64,000 bases of DNA from the human T2T-CHM13v2.0 reference genome, Homo sapiens. Below, piece after piece: positions 13,176 to 29,400 of this stretch (position 1 is its first letter; the number at the start of each line of letters is the position of its first letter). The position numbers and the translations under genes were made by a program. The stretch is taken from NCBI RefSeq assembly GCF_009914755.1, contig NC_060931.1, one strand, 5' to 3'. Below the pieces are notes generated by a model. The model ran no database searches, was not told where the DNA came from, and was given only the letters and a program-made list of their open reading frames with translations.

Positions 13176-16100
13176 CATTATATGTGAATACAATTACACG
13201 GAGAGTATTCATAGAATAGGACAGAATGCTGATGATAGAGTTTTGGGGGAATATTTAAAAAGTAAATAAAAATTATCTGTATTTAAGTGTAATTACATGA
13301 TAATCATTTATATCAGTTTCTCGTCCACAGAAATGCATTTATATATACCGTTACATGAACAAAAGTAAATAATTGGGTGTTTCAGAATATTTAGATATCC
13401 AAGCTATTGCCATTAATGAAATTCTTCTATAAAACTAAGTAATTTATCTTTTGCATTATTTAACTATTTTCTCAAAAGAAGTGATTATTTATTTAAATTT
13501 CCAGTGATCCTCTAGAATAAACCCGTATAAAAGGATATAGTCTTTTTATGTATATGCATTAGTGAAAATGGAAATCTTTCTCACAGGAGGCTTTGATGAC
13601 AGTTTGTAAATTGCTTGCAAGTTACTACATTTATTTCAGGTTTCATGTTTTAGATTAGTCCTAGTAAAATTCTAAGACCTTATTTATTTTTTTGAAATAT
13701 CTCGTTATTACCAGTTTTTTCCAGATATTTGTGGAATTTTTGTCTTCCTAACTGATGTGCTAGTATTCTCTAGATTATTTCTCACAAATACAGATAAAGT
13801 CTTACTTTGAGAACTTTATTGTTAATGCTTTTAACTACTGAGAATGCAGATTATGGCATTGTGTTAAATGACAATATAAATTATCTCCGACTATTGCTCA
13901 ACTTCTTTCTAGTTTAGCCATTGACTTTCTTCTTCTGTAAGCAATATTCTCAAGGCAGGACCAATTCTGCTAATGAGTAGAATAGGCAGATTGATGCATA
14001 TCTGATAGAATTTAAGTGATTTCAAATTTCTCCTCAGACTCGTCCCAGTGTCTCACATTCCTACATTAGCTATACTTTTAAAAATTAACTATTTTGGTAC
14101 TTTTATAAAGTTAACTCATTAAATAAATTTGTTTATTTGGTTTCGCTATGTTATTGGTTTCTCTGTGTTGTTCCCCTGTTTTTACTATTCATTTCTCAGA
14201 ATTTTAAAGAACAGTGTCACATTGTTGAGCTATTTTAAAACTGTAAATAGAAAGGAAAGGAAGAGAGAGACTTCAGTCCCAGGCCAAAAACTATTAGCAC
14301 AGCTGAAATCAATCACTGTCTTTCTTGTTCCATAGGAATTACTACTCAAGGGACCTTCAGAAAGGGTCAAGGAAAGCTATTTTTCTTCCCACGACTTGGA
14401 AATACATCTTCTTTCCTATGATGAAAGGGATGTGGTGTGTGTGTATATATATGTATTTTTTTTTTCAGAATTCTATCGTATCTATTTTATTTTATATATA
14501 TATATATATATATGTATCCCTCATTCTTACTCCTCATTTCATTCACTTATTTTAGCATCTTCCAATAATTCATCTTTCTAATTGATAAAAAGTAAAAGAT
14601 GGTAGAAGTCACTCTATTCCATTAAAATTATTGCCACACTGCTTGAGCAAGATTATATGTCTCCAGAATTGAACTGAGGACTTCCTGAGTAGAGTGATTC
14701 TATTTTTTAAAAAGCTTTCATAGTACCTGGCACATCAAGGCCTTCAATAAGTCTTATTAGAGTAACGAATGGACATATGAATTGATGAGAATACTTTAAA
14801 ACATTACATAATTGTTAAAGAGATTTCTGAAAGTCATAGAAAATCTATTCTTTTGAGTGGTTTTAAAGATTTAAAATTGATTTCCCAATAAATGGATGGT
14901 TCAAAATACTCAGATAAATTCACAGGACTGTTGTGAGTAATCAAAAAGGTAACAATTAATAAAAATGAACAATAAGCAACAGAAATAAATAATTTTTAAG
15001 TAATAAATGTTTTAATATAGGTTAACAAAGTATTTCTCTGTGAAAGACACTAGATGCTCAATAAATGAACTACACTTTAAAAAAATGTTTTCCAAGATCT
15101 TCTCAACAAACAAGCCATGATATACCAACTATAAAGGACAGATAATCTGCTGACCAATTCCATCAAGCAAATCACATCCACATCAGTCAAAGTAGGCCAT
15201 AATGGGGGCACCAAAAATCTCACGTGGGGAGATTAATCACACTTTATGGGAGGCTTTTGTGTATAAAGGTTAATTTGAGGTCGTCTTTTCTGAAGGGACA
15301 TCACAGTAGCTTCACAGTTATATGACTAATGAGTTTTGCTTTTATTCCTCTGTCCAGTTACTTCTTTAACATGACTATATCTAGTCTTAACTGTCCTCAA
15401 TTCATCAACTCTGGGGCCCTTAAACACGGTTGAAATTATCTTTGTAAACAAATGCAAAAAATATTTATGAACATGTTCTTTCGCCTTTCTTCAAAGGCAT
15501 TAAAAACCCTTACGGTGCAGACTAGTACTAGATCTCTAAGACAAAAACGCAAAGGAATCACGTGAAAGATAATATTTAATTAAAATTTCAGTTTTGTTTA
15601 GGACACCAAAGGATTCCAAAACCTTAAGCTAATTCACCCTCAATCAGTGATTTAGTCATTCTTATATAAATAGTTGTAGACAGATGAGAATAAAAATGAT
15701 TCTATTTTTGCTAAATTTGCTTGAAATTTTTGCAGAGAAATCCCAAGTTGTTCATTTATGTCCTTTTGAATACTCCTTACCATAAATTTTCTTGCATTTT
15801 ATTTTCTTATTAGGCAATGGGCATGCAGAGCACAATACTTGGGCATTATTGGACTGATAAGAATCTGTAAAACATTTTCTTTCCTTGATGAAATCTGCAA
15901 TTTGCCTATAGCCTGATTTCCTTAAGGCTTTTGCCTATTGACTCATCTTTGACAACCAGCCAAAAGGAATTTCAAGACAAACACAAAGTGAAGAGTCACA
16001 GTCAGCTTTTTCTACACTCTTGGGAAAGCCTTTCTCGGTACAAAGTTATTCTTGATTTCATTTAGCTAAAAATCCCAGCTAAAATCCATAGAAAAATGTA

Positions 16101-16180
16101 TGGAATGGGAAATTTGGGGGTTTGGGGTTATAAATTTTTTGAAACCCATTACATCTTCCTAAGGCTGTAATTTCTGTTAG

Positions 16181-16648
<468 letters not shown>

Positions 16649-16987
16649 TAAAATATTTTTTAAACCTTTATCTCCTCTAGAGTCCCTAAGGAATAGGAGA
16701 TCCTTAAAACATATTTATTGGCTATCTGACTGCATTCCTAATTAAAGGTCCATATCAGTGAGAAAATAAATGAATACATGAACATATTTATTGCTACAGA
16801 TAATTTTCTACCTTGCCCTCTCTTATATTATTTCCAGTTATTTTAAGAAAACAGTCACAGTAATTAGCTATTTGCTTATTCTTCACTGTATTTTAAATTA
16901 AAAAAAATTCTTAACAGTATTTTAATTTATAACTTAATAATACTTGTTAATTTAAATGCCTTAAATTGACAACTAGGTAAAAAAAAA

Positions 16988-17476
16988 AGTTACCAAAACA
17001 CTGGGGATTTTGTCTAGGTCCTGCTGCTCACCACACAGAAAACCAGTCACTGAGACAATGAGTATTGTCAGGGAAGAAGGCTTTAATTGGGTGCTGTGGC
17101 TGAGGAGATGGGAGGTCAGTCTCAAATCCATCTCCCTCACTGACTAAAATTAGAGGTTTATATAGCAGGGAAGACATGAAACCATGTGTGGGAAAATGGA
17201 AATTAGAGATGGACAAGGCAGAGAAATTGGTCAACAGGCAGCAGGGTGGTGCAGTCATGTTGGGTGAGGAGTCTGGCGTCTCTTTGTCTAGGTGCAGTGA
17301 TCTGGTAAGTTTCAGCTCCATGGTATAATCTGGGAGGCCTGATAGCTGGTTTCCTGAGAAGGTAACTCAGGTAAGACAAATGTAACTCTCAAGTTGTAAG
17401 ACTGGGAGGATTAATTTCTATGTTTACTCCAAGAAATTATAAACATCAGTTCTATGGAACAGTTGGTCTAGTTTCA
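16988..17476 (-). mobile_element. ERV1 MER4-group solo LTR (MER83-like; subfamily uncertain)
   Basis: Minus strand starts tgaaactagaccaactgttccatagaactgatg; carries TATA and ATTAAA; ends ggtaac. Confidence 0.7.
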
Positions 17477-17786
17477 AAACCTAGTGTGCTCTCATAAATA
17501 TTTGAAACCAACATTGTTTTCTTTTTCTCTCTTTTTTCTCCTTTCCTTTGTGCTTTGGAAATATTATGCTGAAAGAAAACACAATTTATTTAAGTCGAGG
17601 AAGTAGTTTTCATAGAGAGTAGAGTACAGTTTCTTATGATTCTTCATCTGCTCCTATAAGGCTTTCAAGAAGGAACATCCAGAAATTGTAAGCCTTAAAC
17701 AATTGAGCAATGCTTTATTTTGCTTTCTGTCTCATAGAAGGTCTACAGATTCAGTTATAATAAGAAGGAATTAAATCATAGGTAAT

Positions 17787-19997
17787 TGATATGGTTTGGC
17801 TCTGTGTCCCCAATCAAATCTCATCTTGTAGCTCTCATAATCCCCACTTGTTGTGGGAGGGACCCAGTGGGAGATGATTGAATCATGGAGGCAGGTCTTT
17901 CCTATGCTACTCTTATGATGGTGATTGGGTCCCATGAGATCTGATGGTGGTTTTAAAAACAGGAGTTTCTCTGCACAAGCTCTCTCTTCACCTGTTGCCA
18001 TCCATGTAAGATGTGACAGTCCTCCTTGCCTTCCACCATGATTGTGAGGCCTCCCCAGCCACATGGAACTGTAAGTTCAATAAACCTCTTTCTTTTGTAA
18101 ATTGCCCAGTCTCAGGTATGTCTTTATCAGCACCATGAAAATGGACTAATATAGTAAATTGGCACCAGTAGAGTGGGGCATGGCTGAAAAGATATCCAAA
18201 AATGTGGAAGCAACTTCAGAACTGGGTAACAGGCAGTGGTTGGAACAGTTTGGAGGGCTCAGGAAAATGTGGGAAAATTTGGAACTTCCTAGAGACTTAG
18301 TGAATGGCTTTGACAAAAATGTTAATAGTGATATGAACAATAAGGTCCAGGCTGAGGTGGTCTCAGGTGGAGATGATGAACTTGTTTGGAACTGGAACAA
18401 AGGTGACTCTTGTTATGTCTTAGCAAAGAGACTGCTGACATTTTTTGCCTGCCCTAGGGATTTGTGGAACTTTCAACTTGAATGAGATGATTTAGAGAAT
18501 CTGGTGGAAAAAATTTCTAAGCAGCACAGCATTCAAGAGGTGACTTGGGTGCTCTTAAAGGCATTCAGTTTCAAAAGGGAAACACAGCATAAAAGTTTGG
18601 AGAATTTGCTGCCTGACAGTGCAACAGAAAAGAAAATCCCATTTTCTGAGGAGAAATTCAAGCCAGCTGCAAAAATTTGCATAAGTAATGAGGAGCCAAA
18701 TATTAATCCTTAAGACAATGGGGGAAATGTCTCTGCATTGTGTACAGCCTAGGGACTTGGTGCTCTGCATCCCAGCTGCTCCAGCCATGACTGAAAGGGG
18801 CCAATGTGGAGCTCGGGCTATGGCTTCAGAGGGTGCAAGCCTCAAGCCTTGGCAGCTTCCACATGGTGTTGAGCCTGCGAGTGCACAGAAGTCAAGAATT
18901 GAGGTTTGGGAACCTCTGCCTAGATTTCAGAAGAACCAAGAAAATACCTAAATGCCCAGGTAGAAGTTTGCTCTAGGGGTGGGGTCCTCATGGAGAATCT
19001 CTGCTAAGGCAGTGCAGAAGAGAAAGGTGGAGTGGGAGGCCCCACACAGAGTCCCTACTGGGGCACTGCCTAGTGGAGCTGTGAGAAGAGGGCCACTATC
19101 CTACTGACCCTAGAATGGTAGATCCACTGACAGCTTGCACCATGGGCCTGGAAAAGCCACAGACACTCAACATCAGCTTGTGAAGGCAGCTGGGAGGGCG
19201 GCTGTACCCTGCAAAGCCACAGAGCCAGAACTGTCCAAGACTTTGAGATCCTACCTCTTGCATTAGCGTGACCTGGATGTGAGACATGGAATCAAAGGAA
19301 ATCATTTTGGAGCTTTAAGATTTGACTGCTCTGCTGGATTTCATACTTGCATGGGGCCTGTAGCCCTTTGTTTTGGCCAGTTTCTCCCATCTGGAATGGC
19401 TGTATTTACTCAATTTCTGTACCCCCATTGTATCTATCTAGGAAGTAACTAAGTTGCTTTTGATTTTACAGGCTCATAGGCGGAAGGGACTTGCCTTGTC
19501 TCATATGAAACTTTGGACTGTGGACTTTTGAGTTAACGCTGAAATGAGGTGAGACTTTGGAGGACTGTTGAGAAGGCATGATTGGCTTTGAAACGTGAAG
19601 ATATGAGATTTGGGAGGGGCCAGAGATGAAATGATATGGTTTGGCTCTGTGTCCCCACCCAAATCTCATCTTGTAGCTCCCATAATTCCCAAGTGTTGTG
19701 GGAGGGACCCAGTGAGAGATGATTGAATCATAAGGGTGGGTCTTTCCCATGCTGTTCTTGTAATAGTGATTGGGTCTCATGAAATCTGATGTTTTTAAAA
19801 ACGGGAGTTTCTCTGAACAGTCTCTCTCTTTGCCTGCCTCCATCCACGTAAGATATGACTTGGTCCTCCTTGCCTTCGGCAATGATTGTGTGGCCTCCCC
19901 AGCCACGTAGAACTGTAAGTCCAATAAACCTCTTTCTTTTGTAAATTTCCCAGTCTCAGGTATGTCTTTATCAGCACCGTGAAAATGGACTACTACA
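17787..19997 (+). mobile_element. Second full-length THE1: 5' LTR 17787-18153, internal 18154-19631, 3' LTR 19632-19997
   Basis: Two LTRs and internal sequence homologous to 4139-6438; imperfect TSD gtaat/gtaaa; ~115-bp internal deletion near 18733 relative to the first copy. Confidence 0.95.
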
Positions 19998-20029
19998 GTA
20001 AATACACTTGTCAGGGGTACCAATTTTAA

Positions 20030-20505
20030 AATATGAAACCTGGAGGATATAATGTTAAGTGAAATAAGCAAGGCACAAAAAGACAAATACCACATTATCT
20101 CACTCATATGTAGAATCTGAAAAAGTTGATGTCATATAAGCAAAGGGTAGAATGGTGTTACCAAGGGCTGGGGCAGTTGAGGAAAGGGGTCTGGGAAGAT
20201 GTTGGTCAAAGGATATAAAAGTACAGTTAGATGGGAGGAATAAGTTCAAGAGCTCTATTGTACAATATAGTGATACTATTATGTATTACAATATGATTAG
20301 TAATATATAGAACTCTTGAAAAATGCTAAGAGAGTGGATAGGTGTTCTTACTACAAAATATATAACTATGTGAATGAATTCATATGTTAATTAGCTAGAT
20401 TTAGTCATTTCACAATGTAAATACACCTTGAAACATGTTGTACATGATAAATACATACGATTTTATCTGACAATTTGTAAAAATTGACAAAAGTGATAAA
20501 AGAAA
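20030..20505 (+). mobile_element. L1MA 3' end fragment
   Basis: ctggaggatataatgttaagtgaaataagc...ctcactcatatgtagaatctgaaaaagttgat. Confidence 0.85.
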
Positions 20506-21409
20506 TAAACAAAATAGAACTATAAGAACTATACTATAAGGAGAATGAACAAAATGGAAATAAAGATATTGTGAAGTAAGGTATTAAAATTAATGGTATA
20601 AATATCTGAGAAAAGCCTGGAAGTTTATGAAATATGTGGAAAAATAGAAGCTTGAAATTTTATGCCTAGGAGATATTTAGAGATTATGTAAAAGTACATA
20701 TAAACATTTTTATGTCATGGATCAAAAATCTGGATATTTTTCTCAAATAAACCATCAAATTTAGGGCCAAGACAAAATTAGAATCCAGGTTTTCCTACTT
20801 CAAGTCTAGTGGAAGATCACTTTAAAAAGATCTTTCAGGCCATTAACATAAGCTCTCTGACTACAGAGATTTTGTAGTCACCTTCATTGTGGTATCTCTA
20901 GAGTCTAGAACTAGACCTGACCCCTGGATTCGGCACTCAACTAATGTTAGCGAGATACATGAATGGGCAATAAATACATTAATTCATTAAGACCTAATTT
21001 TTGAAGGGTTTGTGATAAAGCTCACATGTTAAATAATCAAGGTCCAGGTTATGAAAGCCCTATAATATGTGATGTTATTCTCTTTAAATACTTGTAAAAT
21101 TTTAGTAACTAGATTGAAATATATGTTAACTATTGATATTTTAATGTTTGAGATATGAAAATGACAGTTTCTTGTTTCAACTTAAAAATCACTGATATAA
21201 CTTTAACAACAAATAATTCTAAGAATGTGAAGACAATAATAATGCTATATCATTTTAGAAAAATAATCTATAAGCCATACTATTGATGTCTGATAATGGC
21301 CAAAGGGTTCTTTTATTTGATTAGGCTGGGTAGTTTAGCATATGAATCATCCTGAGAGCTTGTTAAAATAGAGATTTCTGAATCCCTACCAATTAAGATT
21401 CTGGCCTAG

Positions 21410-21765
21410 AAAATCAAGTCTAATTCCTTGGCCTGGCATTCAGGTCCCTTGTATCAGGTCTTGGCTTTCCTATCCAGCACCATCTCCTCACCAGCCTGCT
21501 CTGTCCCCTTCTCTCCCAATCATACATTTTTGCATTCTTAAATCTCTTAATTCTATCTGAAATGCCATACCAGTTTGTCAAATTAATAGACTTATAAGCC
21601 CTTTCTTCATAAATTTATTATTTATTTATTATCCATCTCCCCCACTAGCTAGTAAAACCCTCTGTAGCAGTACCATTGCACTGGCATTTACCAAGACCCT
21701 GGTACATTTTTCTGGTAAGTAGAATGTGACCAATAATTATTTGTAATATGCATAATTGAATGGCA
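21410..21765 (+). mobile_element. L2 relic, preceded by a short MER5-like fragment at ~21320-21400
   Basis: aagtctaattccttggcctggcattcagg; gagagcttgttaaaatagagattt. Confidence 0.5.
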
Positions 21766-23544
21766 TTTGTCCACTTTGTTTAGTATAAAGCCAAGTAATA
21801 TAAATATGAAATAGAAATACATATTCTATGCAGAGGAACTGCAGAGAGTATATTTGTTCTACAAGAATGAGGGGTAGTTTTAGGAAAGGTGTTATTGAAT
21901 TGGTAACAAGTCAGGCTTGAGTTTGTGACTGAAGGCTAGGGATTTTGTCCAGAAGCAATTACTCACTAAGGTTCTTAGTTTTAGCTTTCTCTCATTCTTA
22001 CTCTCAAATTGGTACATGTCATAAATATTTTTTTCATTAACTTCCCAACTATTAATGTTGGTAACTATCTACCCCTTATCATTGTACAAAAGCTCATTTT
22101 TATTTTCTTAAGTGGTAGTTCTGTCTGTTCACTTGTTCCTTTAACACAACTAGTTTACTGTGATGAGTCTTGTTCTCTTTCATAATGAATTCCTATTAGT
22201 TATCCATAATTATCCCAGAATCTGTGCTCAGTATAAGAGGGAGTTGTCTTTTGGAAGCATCCCAGAACCTTTGACTTGCAATTTATAACATTTACTTAGT
22301 GACACAAAAGAAAACAAACAAAAGGACATTTTTGAATAACCCCAGAAACTTTCCCCATTAATATCTAATTTTAGATTATATCAGTTCCTGCTATTGGAGG
22401 TCTTGGAGGCTGCCAGTTCACATAGTGTTTTCAAATTTACAGCACAAGGCAATGAGAACATATGGGACCAAAGTTCTGTTTTTCATATTCTCCATTTTAA
22501 CCTTTCCCTTTGAAATTTAATCAACATGAAAGGAAATAAACACTTTTTGTCTTCCTTGTACAATGGGAGTGATATCCTCCTCCATTTCCCCAGTGATAGT
22601 CAGGTTCCAGATAGCTGCCTTTAATGGCAAAGTTTAAATCACATTGACTCCTATGAGCAATTTGGCAAGTATTTTTACCAAGCACAGGACAACTGCTAGA
22701 GCCAAATGGCTAAATACTTCTCTAAGGCTAATCATAGAATTCACAATTCAACTTTGGAGTAAAACAGCTGTGTCAAAGAACTATTTGACATTTCACCTGC
22801 AATGTAACCCAGAAGAAAAAATTAATTACACACAGAAGACTGAAATTCGTGGAGCATTGTTTAGATATCAAAAACTGGGATTTGCATTTCAGAATATTTT
22901 CTGAACAATTATGAGCATGTTAAATTGGAAAGGGAAGTCAACAGAGAATTGTAAGAAATCCACTAATTTTTCTGAGCTGTTTCTCCTGCTTCCTGGGAGA
23001 TAAAGGACTTCTGAAAATCTACACGTCTCAAAAAGTTTACTCATTTCTTTGATTTGTTAAAAAAACCAAAAATCATTAAATATCTATTGTTCCATTCCGA
23101 TTTTGTGTGAAATGGTATTGCCTAGATATTTACTCCCTAGAGTGTTTACACTTAAGGGCTCTACATTTTATTGACATCAAAATTAAAAACAAATGTTTTC
23201 ATTCTTTAACCTTAGAGGGGAAAAACTATGCTAAATCTAAGAGAAGGAAGTTTTACCTTTCTATGATTCTATTCTTTTAGTGAGTAATGTCTTTTGAGTC
23301 TCTGTTTTTTTTTTCAAGGAAGACTTTATCAATTTACATCAATTCCTAGTTCAATAAGTCTTAAGGCAGATATAATTATTGTTTTCCTTAATTATTTGTT
23401 GAGATATTTTCATTCTATCCAAATGTTTTGTCAGTCGTCACATTCTCTTTCCAAATAATTTCAGCAATTAGATTATTGCATCATTTAAGAAACTTTTCTT
23501 CCCTATATAATGTAAAATACAGAGACATTATTTTAAGTAGCAAT

Positions 23545-23915
23545 TGTTCTTATTTATTGAGACCACTTGTGTATAAGGTACCATGCTAAGAACTTTGGAT
23601 ACGCTATCCTCAACTCAGTGTTTTCTCATGTAAAAAGGGGATAATAGAGGTGTTTACCTCACTATTTTGTTGTGTGAAATAAAGCATTTTGAACAATACT
23701 GACCATATAGTGATTTCTATGCATTAAATATTACTTAAAATTATACATCAATATATTACTTAATAGAATTGTCCTATGAGGTAGGTAATTCTTAACATTT
23801 AAATATTGAGGAAATTGAAGCTAAGCAGTTTAAGTAATTTGCTCAATTTTACAAAGTAAGTAGAGGAGCCAAAATTAGAATTCATGTCTCTCTAACTCCA
23901 AAGCCCAAGTTTGTA
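23545..23915. mobile_element. MIR relics in both orientations
   Basis: ctcagtgttttctcatgtaaaaaggggataatag; cctatgaggtaggt...gaggaaattgaagct. Confidence 0.6.
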
Positions 23916-24574
23916 ATCTGCATCTCCTTTTGCTTCAGTATTCTCCACCCCACATACCTTCTCCCGGCATATGCACAACATGAATGTGAGGAAGACACTA
24001 CACCTCCACACATGAAGCACTTGTCTGAATTATGCTCCACACATGGGATGTTTCATTCCATTTTGTGTTAGTGGATGCTACTCCTCTTTTCAAGTCTCAC
24101 TTCTGTTTCAGGTTTGTTGCTTTCTGACTCTCCTGCTCCATTCTCCTTCCCATTGTGTCTTTCATCTGCAAGCTTAGAGGAAGAAGGATACTCTTTTAAA
24201 GTAAAGCCATCCAGTCTCTCCTAGTGAAAACCAGAAAGTTTTCCCTCTACAACTTCATAGGCATGGCACAGTGCTTGCTTCATGTAGTCTCAAAACCCCT
24301 TCTTAATTTAGTTTGCAATTTTAAGAGAGGTTAGGAATATCTCAAATGGCTCTTAAAAGATTTATATCTTTTTAAGGCTTTCTTAAGCTACTGTGTAAAT
24401 TTATATCGAAGAAAAGAGACACTAAAACATTTTTAGTGAATCTGGTGCTCAGAATCAAGCAACACATGATCACTATTGAGGAAGAAGGCCTCATTCCTCC
24501 ACAGGACAGCTGGCAGAAAAGCATTTCATTTCACTGCTTGATGCATCACATAAACTTTATAAAAGTAAAACCAG

Positions 24575-24951
<377 letters not shown>

Positions 24952-26030
24952 TTAATTTTCATCTTCGATGTTATAGAAATATTTGCTATCTAGGTCAAGA
25001 GAACTTTCTGCATCTTTAACGAACAGCTGAACAACTGTAAACATGTAATTACTGGGATAAAAATCAAGAGGAAAAGTCACTCTGCTACTTCCTGCCTTTC
25101 AATTAGGAATATAGAAAGACCTTCTGTTTATCTTCCTGTTCTCTTAGAATTAGCCTTCATCCCACTGGCCCAGAGATAACCTTTCCTGATAATAAGTTTT
25201 TCCAACAAGAATAATTCAGTAACAATTTCTCCTATAAGGACTGAGTTGCTATGAAATGGGGGCTACTGGTATTGACATTTCTCAAGATACTACTCTAAAA
25301 TGCTTACTTTCAATAGTTTAATGCTTTAAATATGCTAAATAATCTATCAGGACATATAACTTATAGTTATAATGTATAAGACATCCAGAAATCAATATGG
25401 TTCCATAATATAGGAAGAGGTCTGTTTTTTACTGCTGTCACCAACTCTGGGTCACAAATCCCTGAATGATTTCATCATGTCAAGCTGACAGTGTGGCTAA
25501 CTTGGGACTAATTCAAGGAGTCAATTATTTCTTCAGGGTGACTGAACACTTAGTTTGACATAAGCATTTTGTAGAACTTAGGAATAGTTTTCATGCAAAC
25601 AAAAGTACAAAAATAAAGTTCTAATTCAACTTCCAAGTATTTCTCCCATGGTAACTTTTATTTATGAGACCAAATGTATTCTTAGATAGCTTAGTAATTC
25701 ATCTAAACACTACTTTTCCTATGCATCCATGTCTCTTCTGTTCAGTCAATTTCCACAACTCCAATAAAAACCTTTTTATTTTGCTCAATTTACCAAATTT
25801 TATGACCTTCAATTCTCTGCATATGACTCAGAGTCCTATGACATGCACGTTTAAACATGTGATCTATGTGGCTTTGGAGTTTGAGGATATATAAATGTTG
25901 ATTCCACTTGGCTGAAAACTCATATTCAAATCTCAGTAGATACTTTTTGGATAACAAAGTAATCTGCTAGGGAATAATGCTAATTGACAAATTTTTTTCA
26001 ATTCTCTAGAAAATTATCAGTAATTTGTAA

Positions 26031-26430
<400 letters not shown>

Positions 26431-26465
26431 TGTTTACTGATGTTTTTATTTAGCTTCACTAATGC

Positions 26466-29400
26466 TTTTTTTTTTCTTTTCATTATTTTATTTTATTTCT
26501 ATTTCAATAGCTTTAGGGGTTTTGTTTACATGGGTTAATTGTATAGTGGTGAAGTTTGAAATTTTAGTGCATCCCTTACCTAAATAGTATACATTGTACC
26601 CAATATATCATTTTGTATCCCTCATCCCGCTCCCCCTTTCCCCTCTTCTGAGTCTCCAATGTCCATTATACCACTTTGTATGCCTTTGTGTACTCATAGC
26701 TTAGCTCCCACTTATAAGTGAGAACATACAGTATTTAGTTTTCCATTCCTGAGTTACTTCACTTAGAATAATGACCTCCAGTCCCATTCAAGTTGCTGCA
26801 AAAGACATTATTTTATTTTTATTTTATGGCTAAATAGTATTCCACAATGTATATAAACCACATTGTCTTTATCCATTCATCAATTGATGGGCACTTAGGT
26901 TAGTTCCATATCTTTGCAGTTGTGAATTGTCCTGTGATAACATATGCATGCAGGTGTCTTTTTTATGTAATGAATTCTTTTCCATACCCAGTACTAGGAT
27001 TGATGGACCAAATGGTAGATGATATGGTTTGGCTCTGTGTCCCCACACAGATCTCATCTCAAATTGTAATCCCCACATGTCAAGGGAGGGACCTGGTGGA
27101 GGTGATTGGATCATGGAGGGCGTGTTACTCCTTGCTGTTCTCCTGATAGTGAGTTCTCGCAAGATCTGGTGGTTTAAAAGTGTGGCACCTTCTTTCTCTC
27201 TCTCCTGTTGCTGTGTAAGATGTGCCTTGCTTCGCCTTCGCCTTCTGAAATGATTGTAAGTTTCCTGAGGGCTCCCCAGTTATGCAGAACTGTGAGTCCA
27301 CTAAACCTCTTTCCTTTATAAATTACCCAGTCTCAGGTATTTCTTTACAGCAGTGTGAAAATGGACTAATACAGTAGATCTGTTTTTAGTTCTTTGAGAA
27401 ATCTCCATACTGTTTTCCATAGAGATTGTACTAATTTACATTCGTAACAGCAGTGTATAAGCATTCCCTTTTGACCACACATAGGCCAATATCTACTGTT
27501 TTTTGACTTTTTAATGCGATTCTGGCTGTAGTAAGGTGATATCTCATATTGGTTTTAATGTGCATTTCCCTGATGTTTTGTAATGTCAAGTATTTTTTCA
27601 TGTTTGTTGACCATTTGAAATTCTTCTTTTGAGAACTGTCTATTCATGTATTTGGCCACTTTTTAATGAGACTTTTTGCTTTTTTTCTTGCTAATTTGTT
27701 TGAGTTCCTTGTAAATGCTAGATATTGGTCCGTTGTCAGATGCATAGTTTAGAAATATTGTCTCCCATTGTGTGGGTTGTCTGTTTACTCTGATGATCAT
27801 TTATTTTGTTGTGCAGAGGCTTTTTAGTTTGAGTAGGTCCCATTTATTTATTTATTTTTGGTTTTGTTGCATTTGCTTTTGAGGTCTCAGGCATAAATTC
27901 TTTGCCTAGTCTAATGTCCAGAAGCATTTTTTCTAGGTTTTCTTCTAGAATTTTTATGGTTTCAGGTATTAGATTTAAGTCTTTACTCCATCTTTATTTG
28001 ATTTCTGTATTTGGTGAGAAATAGGAATCCAGTTTTGTTCTTCTACGTGTGGCTATCCAGTTTTCCCAGTACCTTTTATAGACTAGGATGTCCTTTCTCC
28101 CATTTAGGTTTCTGTATGCCTTGTTGAAGATCGGTTAGTTGTAAGTATTTGGCTTTATTTCTGTGTTTTCTATTCTGTTTCATTGATCTATGTCTCCACT
28201 TTTACACAAGTACTATGCTGTTTTGGTAATTATAGCCTTGTAGTATCATTTGAAGTCAGGTACTGTGATGCCTCCAGATTTGTTCTTTGTGCTTAGAATT
28301 GCTTTGGTTATTCAGGCTCTTTGTTGGTTCCATATTGATTTTAAGATTGTTTTATCTGATTGTGTGAAAAATGATGTCAGTATTTTGGTAGGAATTACAC
28401 TGAATATGTAGATTGCTTTGGGTGGTATGATCATTTTTATGATATTGATTTTTCCAATCCATGAGCATGGGGTGCATTTCTATTGGTTTGTTTCATCTAT
28501 GATTTTTTTCAGCTGTGTTTAGTAGCTCTCCTTATACAGGTTTATTACAACCTTGGTTAAGTATATTCCTAGGTATCTTTTGCAGCTATTGTTAAAATGA
28601 TTGAGTTCTTGATTTGATTCTCAGCTTGGTCATTACTGGTGTCCACTGATTTTGTAACAATAGACTTTACAGAATTCATTTATCAAATCTAGGACTTTTT
28701 TGGAGGAGTCTTCAGCGTTTTCTAGGTATACAACCATATAATCAGTAAACAGAGACAGTTTAAGACTTCCTCTTTTCCAATTTGGATGCCTTTTATTTCT
28801 TTCTCTTGCCTGATTTTTCTGCCTAGGACTTCCAGTACCATGTTGAATAGAAGTGGTAAAAGTGGGCATCCTTGTCTTGTTTCAGTTATTAGGGGGAATG
28901 CTTTCAACTTTTCCCCATTCAGTGTGATGTTGGTTGTAGGTTTGTCATACATGGCTTTTATTATTTTTGAGGTATATAATTTGTATGGCTAGTTTTTTGA
29001 GGGTTTTTTAATCATAAAGGGATACTGGATTTCATCAAATGCTTTTTCTACATCCATGAAGTTTGTCATATAGATTTTCTTTTTAATTCTGCTTATGTGA
29101 TGAATCACATATATTGATTTATGTATGTTGAAATATCCCTGCATCTCTGGGATGATAGCCACTTGGATCATGGTGATTCTTTTTGATGTGCTGTTGGATT
29201 CAGTTTGCTAGTATTTTGTTGAGGAGTTTTGCATCTATGTTCATCAGAGATATTTGTCTGTAGTTTTCTTTTTTTTGTTATGTCATTTCCTGGATTTGGT
29301 ATCATGATGATACTGGCTTCATAGAATGAGTTAGGGAGGACTCCCTCTTTCTCAATCTTTTGGAATAGTTTCAATCGATTGGTATCAATTCTTCTTTGAA

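Noticed and set aside
15180-15570. Two CACGTG E-boxes in unique DNA, plus a tgtca-agc-tgaca palindrome near 25478
   Set aside because: Short motifs like these are expected by chance, and an enhancer cannot be called without conservation or chromatin data.
19466-20107. 213-aa minus-strand ORF
   Set aside because: It runs antisense through an L1MA 3' UTR and a THE1 LTR, so it is a chance chimeric frame.
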